From positions 111,199 to 175,198 of the forward strand of contig NW_019218320.1 in NCBI RefSeq assembly GCF_002571385.2: 64,000 nucleotides of DNA, written 5' to 3'. The notes beneath the pieces are model-generated. The model was not told where the DNA came from. It did not search any database and saw only the letters and a list, made by a program, of their open reading frames with translations. Below are positions 36,085 to 49,430 of the stretch, piece after piece. The position numbers and the translations under genes are program-made. This DNA comes from Stylophora pistillata. Taxonomy: Eukaryota. Each line of letters begins with the position of its first letter. Positions within the stretch are counted from its first letter, which is position 1.

Positions 36085-38062
36085 ATGAGAAGAAAGAAAA
36101 ATGTTACAAGGAGCTAATGAGAACACAGAGTAAAAACTAGATAAAGATAAAGCTTTGGAAAACAAAAGTGTCTAAGTCTCCATTGGTTTTAGTTTCGAGT
36201 TTGATTAATCGTGAGGACGACGCGGGTTTTCCGGCCCAATCACACAGCGAAGTAAAGCAGAAACAAAGCAGTGGAGGATCACTTTAGACCCCCAATTGTT
36301 CTGATCTTTACCCTGAAAAAGAGATTAGAGGCTCATGTGTCCTCTTGCCTTCTGGCTTGTTTGCAGATTTCCGTTGTGGTACCGACTATCAGTTTTTCTT
36401 TTTGTAAAATACCTCAATTCACGTCCTTCTTTGTACTTGAACAGGGTAGCGAAGTGCGGGGAGCACGTTTTGAGAGCTTCAGACGTACAGACTAAGCAGC
36501 CCTTCTTGCTTTTCCAAAGTTACTAAGAGCAAGAGAACAGACGACGAAGGAGAGTGAAGCTCTTGGTTAAGGCGCTAAGATAGGCCAACATCATCGTCAT
36601 TAAGCCACTTTGAAGTTGCAGGTGGTGCTACTTGATATCGAACCCTCCCCTTCCACCTCTCCCCACGGTTTGCGGCCAAATCCGTTGGTCTCCAGATGTG
36701 AAGGGTAAAATCATAATGACAAATACTGAAGTTATCGAACAGGGACGGGCTAGAATTCGATTTGAGCAACACACCTCTTGAGCACACACAGCCAATGCCA
36801 TCATCTATTCACACCTTGTTCCAAATGAAAAATCGCAAAATTGTGGGTACCCTATTTAATACCAAAGACTCAGAGAACCCTACCCTAAGGTGATGTAAGC
36901 AAGTGTCTACCCCACCCCACCCCCTCTCCTCCGTGAACGAGGAAACTCAGCTACTTGAGAAGAGCAAAACCCAATGCACTTGTCCCAGTACATTTATCTG
37001 CATCAAGGCCTTCATAATGATATTTCAACATCTAACCACGGCATCTAGGAATGAAAGCTAGTCAAGGGATCTCTAAATTCTATCTTCGAACGTAAATTAC
37101 GAGACAGGAAATTTACGATACAAAACACCATGTACAAAACACTCCTTTCGAAAGGTCATAATCACAAAAGAGTGACTCTTAAATAATAAAATTCACGAAA
37201 ACAATGCACCAAGGTCTGCCTCTATCTAACTTTTTAGTCACGACTGACTTAAACTCACTGTAAACATTAAAATGTCTCCCCTGAAATCTTCTCTCGAAAC
37301 ATTCACACAAATTGCTCCAGGCGACTTTTGAGGAACCATCGTAGTTCTCTTAGCTCCTCTCAACAGTCACTTTCTGCCGACAAGAATCTCTACCACTACT
37401 GTGGGAGCCCAAGCCCTTAAATACAATTATCGAAATAATCTAGAACATTCGGCCGTGGGCAAATTTCGCAACACATCTATTCTAGTGGCATTACGTCATC
37501 TAAAATATAACATTCGAGAGAATTCGATAGCATGACGCAAGAACGGGAAGTCTTCCATTTACATTGTGTTACCGGGACTGTCCCTGACTGTCACGTCAAC
37601 TGTTGCTGACCGTGAGGACATTAAGAATTAGATTATCGCAATAAACATCGATATCTAGGCTTAAACTACGAGCCAATTGTCGCACACTTGCATCTCTATT
37701 CACAAATTATTACAGAGTAAATAAAGATTGCAAAACTCGCTCGCAAAGTGCTCCACTCATGGAGCTCCCGTGGTGCATCGGCGTCACTCCAAGAGTTACC
37801 CGCGGTGCGCTAACTGCAGTTTTTTTCCCCCGATTTTTTTTTGACTAGCGCGACGGACTTCGCCTAAAAGGAGGAATTGCTTGTAGTCTACCAAGAGCAC
37901 AAATAAGTGCCCTAGATTGCTCTTTACTGGAAGAGCTGCGCTCCGTGACACTGCTAAGTGGTGCTAGAAAGCTGCCAGACGGTCAAAGTTTTCTTAATTT
38001 ATTTATCTCATCAACTTTTACTGTCTCTTAAAGCCTTAATCTCTCAATTCTTAATCTCTCAA

Positions 38063-38280
38063 CTTCAGCTTATAAGCCTTCATGAACCTCAGTTGAAGAT
38101 TCTCGAAGCGGCAGATGGTGGAGTTGCCTTCGTCTTCCTGCTAGTATTAATGCACAATCTCTGAACTGTCGTTTAAAGTCATTCCGCACGATGCAATCAA
38201 CAATTGTAGATGATAAAACCAACGCGAGCGGAAGAGATCAAGTGAACACGGCTAAAATGCCAATGCTTTTGGTTCAAAGT
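38063..38280 (-). pseudogene. Decayed, internally deleted partial copy of POU1
   Basis: 38063-38121 matches 48930-48988 (POU-specific domain; 31 nt identical); 38122-38280 matches 49377-49553 (first codons and 5' flank); ATG is mutated to ACG. Confidence 0.85.
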
Positions 38281-38307
38281 TCACGTTGATGTGGATTGTT
38301 TATTATA

Positions 38308-38498
38308 AGTATATACTAAAACAGTGAGACAATATAGCACAAAAATATGATTTTAACTAACTTATTCCTGCAACGATTACATTATTTTCGGGTGCAAATC
38401 CTGCGCGAGTTTCTCGGAGGTGAATAGTAAAGTGTTTCGGAGTTTGAGTGACAAATCAGAGCGCGCCTTCAATGCTATCCACTGTTTTAGTATATACT
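38308..38498. mobile_element. MITE with TIR AGTATATACTAAAACAGTG
   Basis: Perfect 19-bp terminal inverted repeats. Confidence 0.8.
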
Positions 38499-38871
38499 AA
38501 TAATGTTTACAACATTTAAAATGGTATCCCGAAATTTCAAACGACGAAATTACAATCCTAAATTGCATTCATGAATGATTTTAATGAATTATAACCGATC
38601 TCGAATAAAACCTGGACTTCTGTTGTTGTTGTTGTTTTTTTTTTATACACATTAAAATTCAGGTTAACCCATGTCTATGACGATTAAATTCTTGGCGAAC
38701 TCAATCTTCATTTTTCGGTCAATCTTTATCGGAGCTTTCGGCAACATCTTTTTCATATCAGACGTCTGAGTGATCAGAGGATTTGTATCTTATTGATGGA
38801 TGAAAAACCAGCCAACGTAATAAATAGATGATATACAACTGTACCATGCTTTCAAAGACTGTATCGTTTTG

Positions 38872-41800
38872 TTATCTGAGTTCGGCTTTCAGTCTATGAA
38901 ATCTCACCTTTACAAATTCATAAAAGTCGTATTCTAATTGTAGATGTTTTTTCATTATTTCTTGCACTTCTGGGGAGGGTCCTTTCTTGTTCACGGTTTT
39001 AGTTGATGTCATTTTGGAATTGAGAACATCGTCTGTAAAAAGGTAAAATTTATTTAGGAACCTCAAAAAGGAAAAAGTAAATGCTTTATCTAAGATTTGT
39101 GCCCAGTGCCCCGCGCTTTACATTTCGTTAGGGCGCATTTCGATAGCGTCTCAAAACCATAGCAACGGTAATCACAACGACCAACCAGAATCTGGAAACG
39201 AAAATGTCACAACAAGCCAATGACAACTCACAGTAAAAACAAGAAAAATTCTCAAAGCGTGATAAAAGTGAGTGACCAAGGCGCAATTTTTTAAAGTTTT
39301 GAACCTGATTGGTTCGGAAGATGGCGCGAAATTTTTGGACCAATCACAGGGAAGTAAAGCAAACTCAAATAAATATTGTGTCACCGTCTCTTTAGAAATT
39401 AAATAATTTTGAGGTTAACTATCGCACCGTGTCACTGCTGTTACTCAGAACGTTTAGATAAGTAAAGAGGCGCGACCCTCTGATAATAATTGGATTTTCA
39501 TAACTAGTGTCTACAACAACGTCTTGCTTGTTTCTCAACAAATTGAATTGCTCAAGAAAGTGAAAGAGAAACTCTGCGTTAGGCCTTTCTTTTTCTTTTT
39601 ACATTTCTCTTTTGATACGCACTAACCTGGAGTCTTGTACATGTTTAATACACCTGCGAAAAATTCTGGTAGAAGTTTCTCAAGAACAGACAGAAAATCC
39701 TCCAATTCTTCAGTAACACCAACAACCAAATAATTTCTAATGACATTTATCTTGGCCTGTCTAAGAGCTAGTTCCGTAGGTCTCCTAGACATAGATAAAA
39801 AGAAAAGAGATTATATTAAAAAAATTGGATTTGGTTAAAGGTAAAAGTCTTCTTGACAGACCGAACCGAGCTAAAACAAATATTTCACTCTAGCTACTAC
39901 CTATTTGTTATTTACAGGAGGTAAATACCCACTACTTTCACCCACACGTGGTGAACAACTGTTTGATATGAAACTTCACAGGCTTAATACATGTAATGCT
40001 AAACAATAATTGGCTGATCAGCTCCAAGCTACCCAATCAGCGCACACAAAAAGCACCGTTCACTTGTGTGTGATCTTATCTTCTCTGTTCTCACCTGCAG
40101 AAAGCTTCATGGCCGCAAAAGTAAGGAATGATGTATAAAATCTTTTGAGGATCGACGCATTCTCTAAGTTCATTTTTGACGCATTCGTCGAAGGTCTAAA
40201 AAGAGACAAGTAGGCAGGAAAAATCAATCGGTAACTTTTAAAAGAAGTGGGGTTTTTGGGAGTTAAATGCGTTGGTTTTCAGTTTATCAATGTAAGTTTG
40301 TGTTGACGCTCCTCTGCTCTGAGGGGCGAAATATGTATTGTGGGGGTGGGGTGGAGGAGAAAATAAAAATGAAAGTCAGCTTATGAGCTTGGAAACTCAT
40401 CCAGGCGGAGCTTACCCAGTTAGGAGTATTACCACTAACCCCTTGAAGAGATGTTAGTCCACCATAAGGTTGGGCTTTCATGACAGTTTGCAGGTAATCA
40501 ATTAATATTGTACTCCTGGATGTAAAGAGGCGCTGTAAGAGTACAGTGTGTTGTTCAGGAATATTGCCAAACATCACATGTAGTGACCTCGCCAAGGTTC
40601 GAACTCGCCCGCACCTTACAATCGAAATCGTACTTTCAAAGCGCAAAAAATGGTCCAGGAGAACTGATTTGATTATCATTAGATACAGCTATCAACCAGG
40701 AAACGTAGAATAAAAAATCTGTCATAGGAATGTTAGAGGCATTTAAAAACAGCCAACCCTTCTAATCACTTGCGGTGGGGTGGATGGAGAAAGAGTAGTT
40801 TATTCTTCTTCAAAACTATTTTTTGGAATGTCACACAACGCCTCAAAAAGTAGCGGGAATTGAGAACGTGGCGTGACATACCAAAGGACAGCTGCAAGAC
40901 AAACTGGTAGCTAACACAACACAAACCATATTTTTCTCTTCATCTGTGCCTTTGAAACCCCATGTTCTTTGGGCTTCTCTATGATCCCCAAATCTGTGGA
41001 AGTAGTATGAAGAGACAAGACGGGCCAGTGGATCCCTTATGAGGTTGATGTGAATAGGTTGAACAGCGCCAAACCTAGGATGAAAAAAAGATACTTATTC
41101 AGTTCTTGACACCAAACGCGCCGATCACTTCGAAGCTTCAAACTCTCCCCCCCCCCGGGGGGAGGAAATTCATGGCCATTTGTCTGTCGTTCGTGGCCGG
41201 GGGTGGGAAATTCGAACCTTTCCTGGGTGGGGTGCGGAATTTGAATAGGAAGGGTCAAGTCTTTCCAGTGGAATACACTTGTTAATTATGGAGATGAAAA
41301 GGTCTACAAGGTCAGGTTTTGAAATTTGAATATTTAAATCGAGGTAATGGTCGATGAAACAATGTGATGAAGGAGTTCTCACCTCTTAAAGTCGACGAAA
41401 TGTATGTGGTGATGATAAACAACTGGTGAGTGAAGATGGTCTATGAAATCCACAAATTCGAGCTGCAAGCGTAACGGTTTGATATTCGATCATTCAAACA
41501 AGACAAAAAAAGGAAGAAAAAAGGACATGTGAACCATGCAAATTCCCCAAAACGCGCAAAGTAGTCTGGGATTGCCTTGCTTTGAGGCTATCCCGCTCTG
41601 TGATCCTGATTGGTTTTTGGAGATCGCGAATCCTCCCACCCAATCATCGTGACTCAGTTAGTAACTGTTTTCATCACTTGGAGGTGCTTCCTCTTTTCAG
41701 CGTTGGTTTGGTGTTTACGACACGCAATGGAAACGAGCTCTGTGAGTCTTTTTCCAAGGGTTTGCTTGTCCCAGTTAATCTTAACTAAGAGCCACAAATT

Positions 41801-44800
41801 AGACACCTGTCTGGTTCTCTTCTCGAAAGCAGATCCTACCAGCGTGATTAGCGGCGAAGGCTTGGGTGATGGAGAAATTACAGGCTTTCTGAAGGTCATG
41901 AGTTTGCCCTTAATCGGAATCTTGGGACTTATTTTTGGAGGGCGCGAGAAGTTAATTCTCGAAATTATTCCCGGCTTTGATAACACAGCGGTCAAACATA
42001 AGGCATGCGCAAGGAGTTCAAGTTTGGCCGCCTGTGCACTGGTTTCCCGCGCAAAATTTCAAAGGAAAACATAAGAAATAACCGCTGTCTCGCAAAATAA
42101 ACGAACGAAGTCTCGGAAAGGAAACAAACGTAGGAAAAGGAAAATTCGATATTTTTCGAATACAAAGCTTAATCAAGTGCGAGTACCTTGCCTATTTACC
42201 ATTTCGTTTTTAGCTTTACCAAAAAATAACACGCTACTAAAACACAGTGACCAACTGGCTTGTGTGCTTTTGTTGTAACTCGTGTGAGACAACCTGGCTC
42301 TAACAGCATAAAAGCACGTCACCTAGTCATTAGGACATTCGTGCATGCGCAGACGCTTGCCCTCTGTGTTGGCTTTGATATGCTTTACCCTTTAACTCCC
42401 AAGATCTGACAGTTAATTCTCCCCTCTAGCTGCTACACATTTCCTTGTTAATTATTTACGTGAATTTGCTGTTAGATCAAGATAACAACTTCTACTTGAT
42501 AAGTTTGAAGTACTCTCATTACCTGCTTACTGGATAACGTATGGATATTTTAGGGAGAAGTTTCATGTTGATCACTTCTGGGACTTAAAGGGTTAACTAT
42601 TTAAATAAAGAGGTAATCGTTACCTGTTCTCGAAGGTTTAGATGTAGAACACTATTCATGGTTGAACCAATCACTGTATAATTAAGTTTTCCTGTGAGAC
42701 TAATCATGAGCTGTATCATCGTGCGGCTTCCACACTTGCCTACTCTGTTGTAGATGATTATTTTCTGCAGCATAGGAAAAAAAAAAAAACACACATGGAA
42801 TAGTGATAATCAACATTGGTCGGAGAGCCACCGAAAAAAGGATTGAAAGAAAACCCCATAATGAAGAAATGAAAGAGATCATTACATGATACGAGGAAAC
42901 AAGCAAACTTGTTAACGAACTATAGGACATTAGGATATGCCGCATAGGTGAAGGGAGCTTTTCACGCGCGCTAATTAGCTAGCTGGAGCTAGCTGGGAAG
43001 TGATTGACAAGTACTATTCACTTCCGGGCAGCCGAAGAGACAACATCGCGCGTCAATTCTGACCACTTTTTGATCATTTTTTTCCAGTGCCGGTGAAAGT
43101 ATAAACCTCGCCGCTAGCATCCACCACTGTTCACCTCTTTTTTGAAGGAACTAGGCGACAAAGGCGCTCTGGAAGAATTTTTTTTCAATATTAAATGAGG
43201 CTTATTGTTCAATTATAACATCAAACTGTAAGGATCAGCCAACTGAAAGATGCGCTGTCCTTAGCAACGATAACGAACTTTCAGATCTTGCATCTGAAAG
43301 GGTCAACGAGCGAATTCGCTTTTATATCTTTATGTGAACACTGAAGATATTTGCAGAGGAAAAATGATGATATGGAATAACTCCACGGCACTCACCGCTT
43401 TTTGTGTTGACTTCACAGGTGAAAAATCTAAAGACAAAAAAGTACTTATGAGTCAAAACTAAAGTACATAAAATGAAATGAGGTGTTTGCTGGCTTTTAC
43501 TGGCTACGGCTTCCCCCGGGAGCAAATCAACTACGATACAGTTACGGGGAGGGGTACATAATTCTTAAGGGGACTTCTCGTTGAATTTTTCTCCTGCTTG
43601 TTTTCACAAGGATGATGGGGATGGTTTTATTTGTTCTCTCATCCCATTGCCGTTCGGGGGGGGGGGGGGCGTTGTTGTTTTTTTCTCTCTCCTACAAGGT
43701 ATGAAGGTTTTTCTTCCAGGATCTTATTAACACTCATCGTAACAGCACAAAATGAAACAAAAGCATCACGGTGTAAATATACCAGCGGCCCCGAATGCCG
43801 CGAGCAAGTCGCGTTTTTGCATTAATTTATTCACGTCCTGACGATTTTCACTCTGTTTTGTTTTGAATTGATTTTCTGATGGCTATTTCAACACCACTTT
43901 ACTTGTACCCCTCCAATACTATGGAGAACACATACAGGCCAAAAATTGTAATTATAAAATGTGAACATTTACTCTGCGAAGCAGCTGCTTAAATTTGGGA
44001 ACTGTTTTACAATTTATGCACACGTGTATCCAATGGTTTAACTTTCTTATAATAAAAATGCTGCCAATCGAAGAAAAATCAGTGTTTCATTGCCGATTTA
44101 AGGATAACAAAAAAATTGTGACTTCGTCCAGAGAAACGTCTTTCAATCAGAAAAGACCTGTGACAACATTGATTTGACCCATTTAACAATGGCAATCCTG
44201 TACTTAACCGTGTTTTTTATATGCTTTCTTTCAAATGATCTCCACTGACGTGAGGAAAATTAAAAGGACAGTCAAACGATTAAAAATCCATCGGAAAATA
44301 TCTCGTTGTCACTCACTATAGCGATAAATCAATAGACTATAGATTGGAAACAGCACAAAAGCTGAACAAAACGAATCCACTCTTCGATAACAGCCGTGTC
44401 AACTGTTTGATTTGCTGACAAGTAAATCAGTGAAATCCGCAGTGACTAGGATTTTGAATGCTCTTTTTAACAGCCTCTTGTTACAGTTTTTTTTTTTGCC
44501 ATTTTATTATTCTATGGAGCTTACTAAGAACCCTGTATATCCATATTTTTTAAGCTTTCTTTAATGTTTGATATGAAATAAGTCTTTTCACTAACGAACC
44601 GCAGAGCTTCATTGACGCCATTTCGATGTAGAAAGAAGAACCTTTAAAATCTTATTTATAAGAAAAATGAGGATGCGTATATTCTGAGCATTCTGCTTGA
44701 AGATCGACTGGAAAACAATTTACCACGAGTTTTCATTAATAACTCTCTACTGATTAGAAATTTTGCTCTCGCTGGCTCTCAATTCTGAAATAATAGTGTA

Positions 44801-45516
44801 TGAATTTTTTGGTAAAGTTGATCGCAACAGGTTAATTCGTAATCCGATAATATAGAGGAAGAAACGTGATCAGAGGAGGTCACATAATTTCTAATCTTAC
44901 CCCCATCTTCGTTAGTTGTTTTGGTTTGTTGTCTGGCAAAATGACAATAGCCGCCAAATCAAATCTATTTTCTATCAATTGTTACTTGTAAGGGCTAATA
45001 AGGTACATGTATTTTTTTCGGAAGACCTAGTTTACCGGCAAGTATAGGACAAAACTATTGCCTTTAAAAACCATGCGAAAATCTCCGTCTATAACCGTAC
45101 TTTACTAAGCATACAGTACTGGGAAAATAATAATAATAATAACAAAGAAAAACTGTGGCAAAACAATTGATTGTTTTTGGGACTAAAGCTATGTTTTGTA
45201 AGAGTATGGGATTGGAATTCTTTCCACAGTTTACATCACGGATTTACATCATCAGAATTATATAGAAGGCAGAAAAGGTGAATTAGTATTCCTCGGGGGA
45301 CCTACCTTCCCATGTTTTGATATTCACGTAGTGTCTCTTCTCCAAACTTGTGACTCCTGCGATCAGCGAGGACTTATGGTAATAACTCGTCAAGGAATAT
45401 GAAATTGTAAACGTCGCTAAAACGAACGTGATCATGACCACAAACAGCAAGGAAATTTTGAATCTTCCCCTTGCCTGTATTGTGCTTCTGCCCATGACTG
45501 TGTCCAAATGAATCAT
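38872..45516 (-). CDS. UST: Uronyl 2-O-sulfotransferase-like (UST/HS2ST family), type II membrane protein, 8 exons, about 343 aa
   Basis: Exons 45516-45306, 43427-43396, 42764-42624, 41462-41383, 41074-40927, 40195-40095, 39784-39627, 39032-38872, all in phase. N-terminal TM helix; 5'-PSB YNRVGKCGSRT; 3'-PB RDPLARLVSSYYF; YIIPYFCG; VVGVTEELEDF; EYDFYEFVK. Confidence 0.88.
42384..42597. mobile_element. MITE with TIR ACCCTTTAACTCCCA / TGGGACTTAAAGGGTTAA (piggyBac-like TTAA end); related fragments near 8940-9165 and 26970-27110
   Basis: Terminal inverted repeats and similar AAAGGGTTAA ends elsewhere in the window. Confidence 0.65.
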
Positions 45517-48500
45517 TGCTGTCAATGTTATATCTCCAGATAATTATGTAAATCGAACGGAATAGCTAATAAGCAACGTTAGTCTATCAACGAACCAGAG
45601 ATGGCAGGCAAATAGTGACTCAATTGATTGTGCTGCATAACAAGATGCGTGACATACAAATGATACAGCATACCGCTGAAATATTAAATTTTTGTCGTTG
45701 CGCTTATATGGAAGTAACGAACAGCCACATCAAAACAGCGAGGAAATCTCGTTATCGCTTCCTCGTGTCTGTCTTTGAATGAAAGATCGATTTTATTGTT
45801 GTAGCTACGAGCAATTATTCAAAACGAGCGGTATAGCACGAATGGCAATCAATGATCACACCTCAACACGATATGTGACATTTGTCACAATGTCAGGATA
45901 CCGCTGAATCATAAGTTTGCAAATGTAGCGCTCTAATGTAATAAGTAACTAACAGTATCAAAACTGCAGGGAAATTAGGAATCTCTCCTACCTCATGTCT
46001 AACTTGTAGCACTATCTAGCTCCAAGTGAATAATCGATATAACCGTTGTATCTTCAGGCACTACTGTAAAACGATTAGAACTAATGACGGATAGCAACAA
46101 TCCATCAAATTATTGATCCCAGTGTAAATACTAAAATACGATTGCTTTATGGAGGAAAACGCATGATGTCGCCGAGCTTGAACATCGTTTATCTCCATAA
46201 TACGCTTTATCGGCACGAGCAGCTAAAGAATCACATAAGCTGGGCAATTAGTCTCTTCAAGTTTTTTTTCTGAGACTTAGACGTACTATTAAGAGCGAGG
46301 CAAGCACGAACATTTGGCTGAACTTCTTCTCGCGTGCTTGTTTATCCTCCTCAGGAAGCCACTGGTAGCCTTCGCTCGCCCTCGGTCATAAAAACTAAAT
46401 ATGGCGAAATATCATGAGGATTTAAATGGAAATGAAAGGTTTACAGAATTGTACCCAAAAAATCTGGACCAGCTATGAATGATAACTAACTTAGTCTAAC
46501 TGACGAAGATAGAGAATGTAAAAAGTTCATAATCTTTTGGTGAAAAATAAAGCAGCTAATGCACCAATCACATTCGAGGAAATTTTAATGGTTATGATTT
46601 TCAATGAAATCCATAAGGTTAAAATAACATTAATATATCCATCAAGATCGAAAAGATAAACAAGCAATCGCAGTGTTTCGGGAAATATCTTCATGGGCGT
46701 GCTTTGCAATAAAAAAAAAAGTCTCGAACAGCCTTACAAATTCAGAGAAAGAGCCCTTAATGATGATCGTCACCGAGTTACTTCGCCACCAGCGGCGAGT
46801 TGACTCTTAGTATTGGCGAGTTTGTTCTGGTGGCGAATTGACTGTAAACCATTTGAACCTTGCTTGAGTGGGGTGGGGTGAGGAACTTGAATCGGAACAG
46901 TCAAGTCCCTCCTGCGGAATACACGTGTTTACCAGTGCGGGCACAAGGCTCAGACGAAAAGTTCTACAAGAAAGTCACGGATCTTGCCTTTTACAAAAAA
47001 ATTGACCATCAAATCCGGCACTTGGGTAGGGCATTTGAGCACAATTTTAGCTCAGGGGAACGGAAAATTGAACCAACCAATCTTCAAAAGTTCAAATGCC
47101 CGGGGATTGTCCCGAGGGAAGGGAAGTTTAGGCTTCGAATTGATCGATGCATTAGCTTTGGCGTCCAAGTGCACGGGTAAAGCAAGGGAGCGAAAAATTA
47201 GCCTCTTAACGGCCGTAAGATTCATGACAATCAATCTTAAAGCGCTATCAATGGTTGCATACTTTTTCTTCTTGTTTGGGCCTTTTGGGTAGCCATTTAT
47301 TGACGTCTTTATTGCTTCAGCTTGTCATTTTCACCACGTCTCGTATCATTTTTTTTATCAGCGACATCCCACTAGTTTACTACACGTGGAATTTAAAGAA
47401 GCACGTACAGTAAGCTGTCATTTCTTTTGGTACCAAGGGATAAGATTATACGCGACCACACTCGACCAGGTAGATAGGACGTGAAATCAAGTCGTTGGCC
47501 GAGAGAAAATATTCTGTATTTAAGTCTACACCTCAATTACCCACACGATAGAGCTTAACTCAAATTCATGCACTTTTACCAAAATTATAATGCGATGTTT
47601 ACACTAGGAGTCTGACACTTAAATGGCTCCTTTTTGAGCTCGCGGATGTTTTTATGGCATGTATCAGAACAGGAGATTTCAAAGCTGATTAGCGGGTTAC
47701 AAAGAGAATTTGGAGGTTGCGCGCCCAACGCGATAGGCCAATATCCTCTTCGATAAATTACTGTAAAAAGCAGTCGCTTTTCTTTTTAAACAACTGTTCC
47801 AGACGCGAGGCGAATTGAAACTGTCGAAATTATTCTATGAACAACAGTTATTTGATTTATGTTTCTTGTAGACAGACTTATTTCGCTTATTAACGGAAAC
47901 TGAAGATGTCTTATGGGTCAGATGTCTCTAGTAGCAAACTAGCTTCTGAAAGAGAACAATAAAGAAAGAATTTCCACAAAACTTCGCCTAGTTTCAAATG
48001 ATAAACACGTTTTATTTCGATCTCAACCATACCTACGTCTATTATAAAAATCACTTAGTTTGATCATGCATGGTTCACTTTATATTTATGCCGTGCGATA
48101 AAATACTAAACTTTAGCTCGATTTAGTTTACCTTTTATTTCTGAATACATGTAAAGATAAACACTTTTAAGGGCAACTTTACTAGCCTGGGGAGTCTTTC
48201 GCATCGTGCAAACTGTTTCAGTTTATTCATTTTAATAATATACTGGACTTATAAACAAGTTAAATGATAAAGTGCTCTTTCGAGTCTATGAAAAGACGTC
48301 TCTTCTGTACATTATGCATAGAAAACCATAGTTTTCGTCGCCTTTTTAGACCATTTTTAGAATTATTGAAGAAATATTTACTCGCAATGAATGATCTTTA
48401 AGGTAAGGTGGCTAGATCATGTTATTTTTTATTTTTTAACCGTCAGTTGTTGTGTACAACAATGGGCACTTTTTGATGTATTCTAATAATTCAACAGTTC

Positions 48501-48620
48501 ATTTGCAGTGGTTCGAAGAAACAACGATTTTACTTAACTGCCTATTAAATTGATAACCTGTTTAATCAAGGAGGAAGTTAAGGTAATTTACTTGCATTCG
48601 CTTCAGTCTTCTTCATGTTC

Positions 48621-49430
48621 TCACACCAGTGAGTCGCTTTTACAACCGAGGAAGCCGTGAATGCTCAGTGACGTCTTTACTCTTTTCTCCCGTTGCCTTC
48701 TGTTACAGAACCACACTCGCACGACCTCTCTATCCAGGCGCAATCCCTCGGCAATGCGGACGATTTCTTGGGAAGAAGGCTTTGGTTGTTTAAGAAAATG
48801 ATCTTCAAGATGTTCTTTAGCAGTCAGGCCGATGGTGGTTCGTCTTTTTCTGCGGCGTTCAGCGTTGAATTTATCACCGCACGCCCCTCCAGAACATTCG
48901 GCCTCTTCAAGCCAGCGCGCCAGAATCGGCTTCAGTTTACAAGCGTTCTTGAAGCTAAGTTGAAGATTCTCGAAGCGGCAGATGGTGGTCTGGCTAAAAT
49001 CTGTGCCGTGGACTGTTGCCAATGCTGCACCAACGTTCGTCTGTGTAAAACCTAGCTTGATGCGGCGGAGTTTGAATTGGGTCGCGAACTCCTCCAACTC
49101 GCGCAGTTTTGACGTGTCTATGGCAAAACCCAAGCCGTGATGTGGTGCTGACATACCGGGATCGCTGTCAAAATTAGCCATAGGGTTAAGCATGAAGGGA
49201 GACGCCACGTGGATATTCGCTCGAGGGTCCATTTTCCTGCAGTGAGTTACTGGCGGTAAAGAAGTAGGATGCGAGGGTATCATTGAAATTGGTGTCTCGC
49301 GAACCATTTGCTGAAAAGGTGCATAGGACACTTCGGGTGGATATGGAGGACAGGCCATGGCTGATTTCAAAGTCAAGCTGCCTTCGTTTGTCTTGCTGCC
49401 GGAATGAATGCGCAATCTCTGAGCCGTCAT
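48621..49430 (-). CDS. POU1F1: POU class 1 homeodomain transcription factor (Pit-1 orthologue), intronless, 269 aa
   Basis: [39 protein letters not shown] and [27 protein letters not shown] are diagnostic of POU1/Pit-1. Confidence 0.95.
   Translation of the reverse strand: MTAQRLRIHSGSKTNEGSLTLKSAMACPPYPPEVSYAPFQQMVRETPISMIPSHPTSLPPVTHCRKMDPRANIHVASPFMLNPMANFDSDPGMSAPHHGLGFAIDTSKLRELEEFATQFKLRRIKLGFTQTNVGAALATVHGTDFSQTTICRFENLQLSFKNACKLKPILARWLEEAECSGGACGDKFNAERRRKRRTTIGLTAKEHLEDHFLKQPKPSSQEIVRIAEGLRLDREVVRVWFCNRRQREKRVKTSLSIHGFLGCKSDSLV

Noticed and set aside
35344-36165. ORFs of 72-175 aa in this region
   Set aside because: Partly generated by the 43-bp tandem repeat; no recognisable domain or consistent splice structure.
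41582-42074. Overlapping ORFs of 113-154 aa inside a UST intron
   Set aside because: No recognisable motifs, and the UST reading frame is complete without them.
48693-49055. Antisense ORF over POU1 (likewise antisense ORFs over the DNAJB and MZT2-like genes)
   Set aside because: Shadow frames of real coding sequence.
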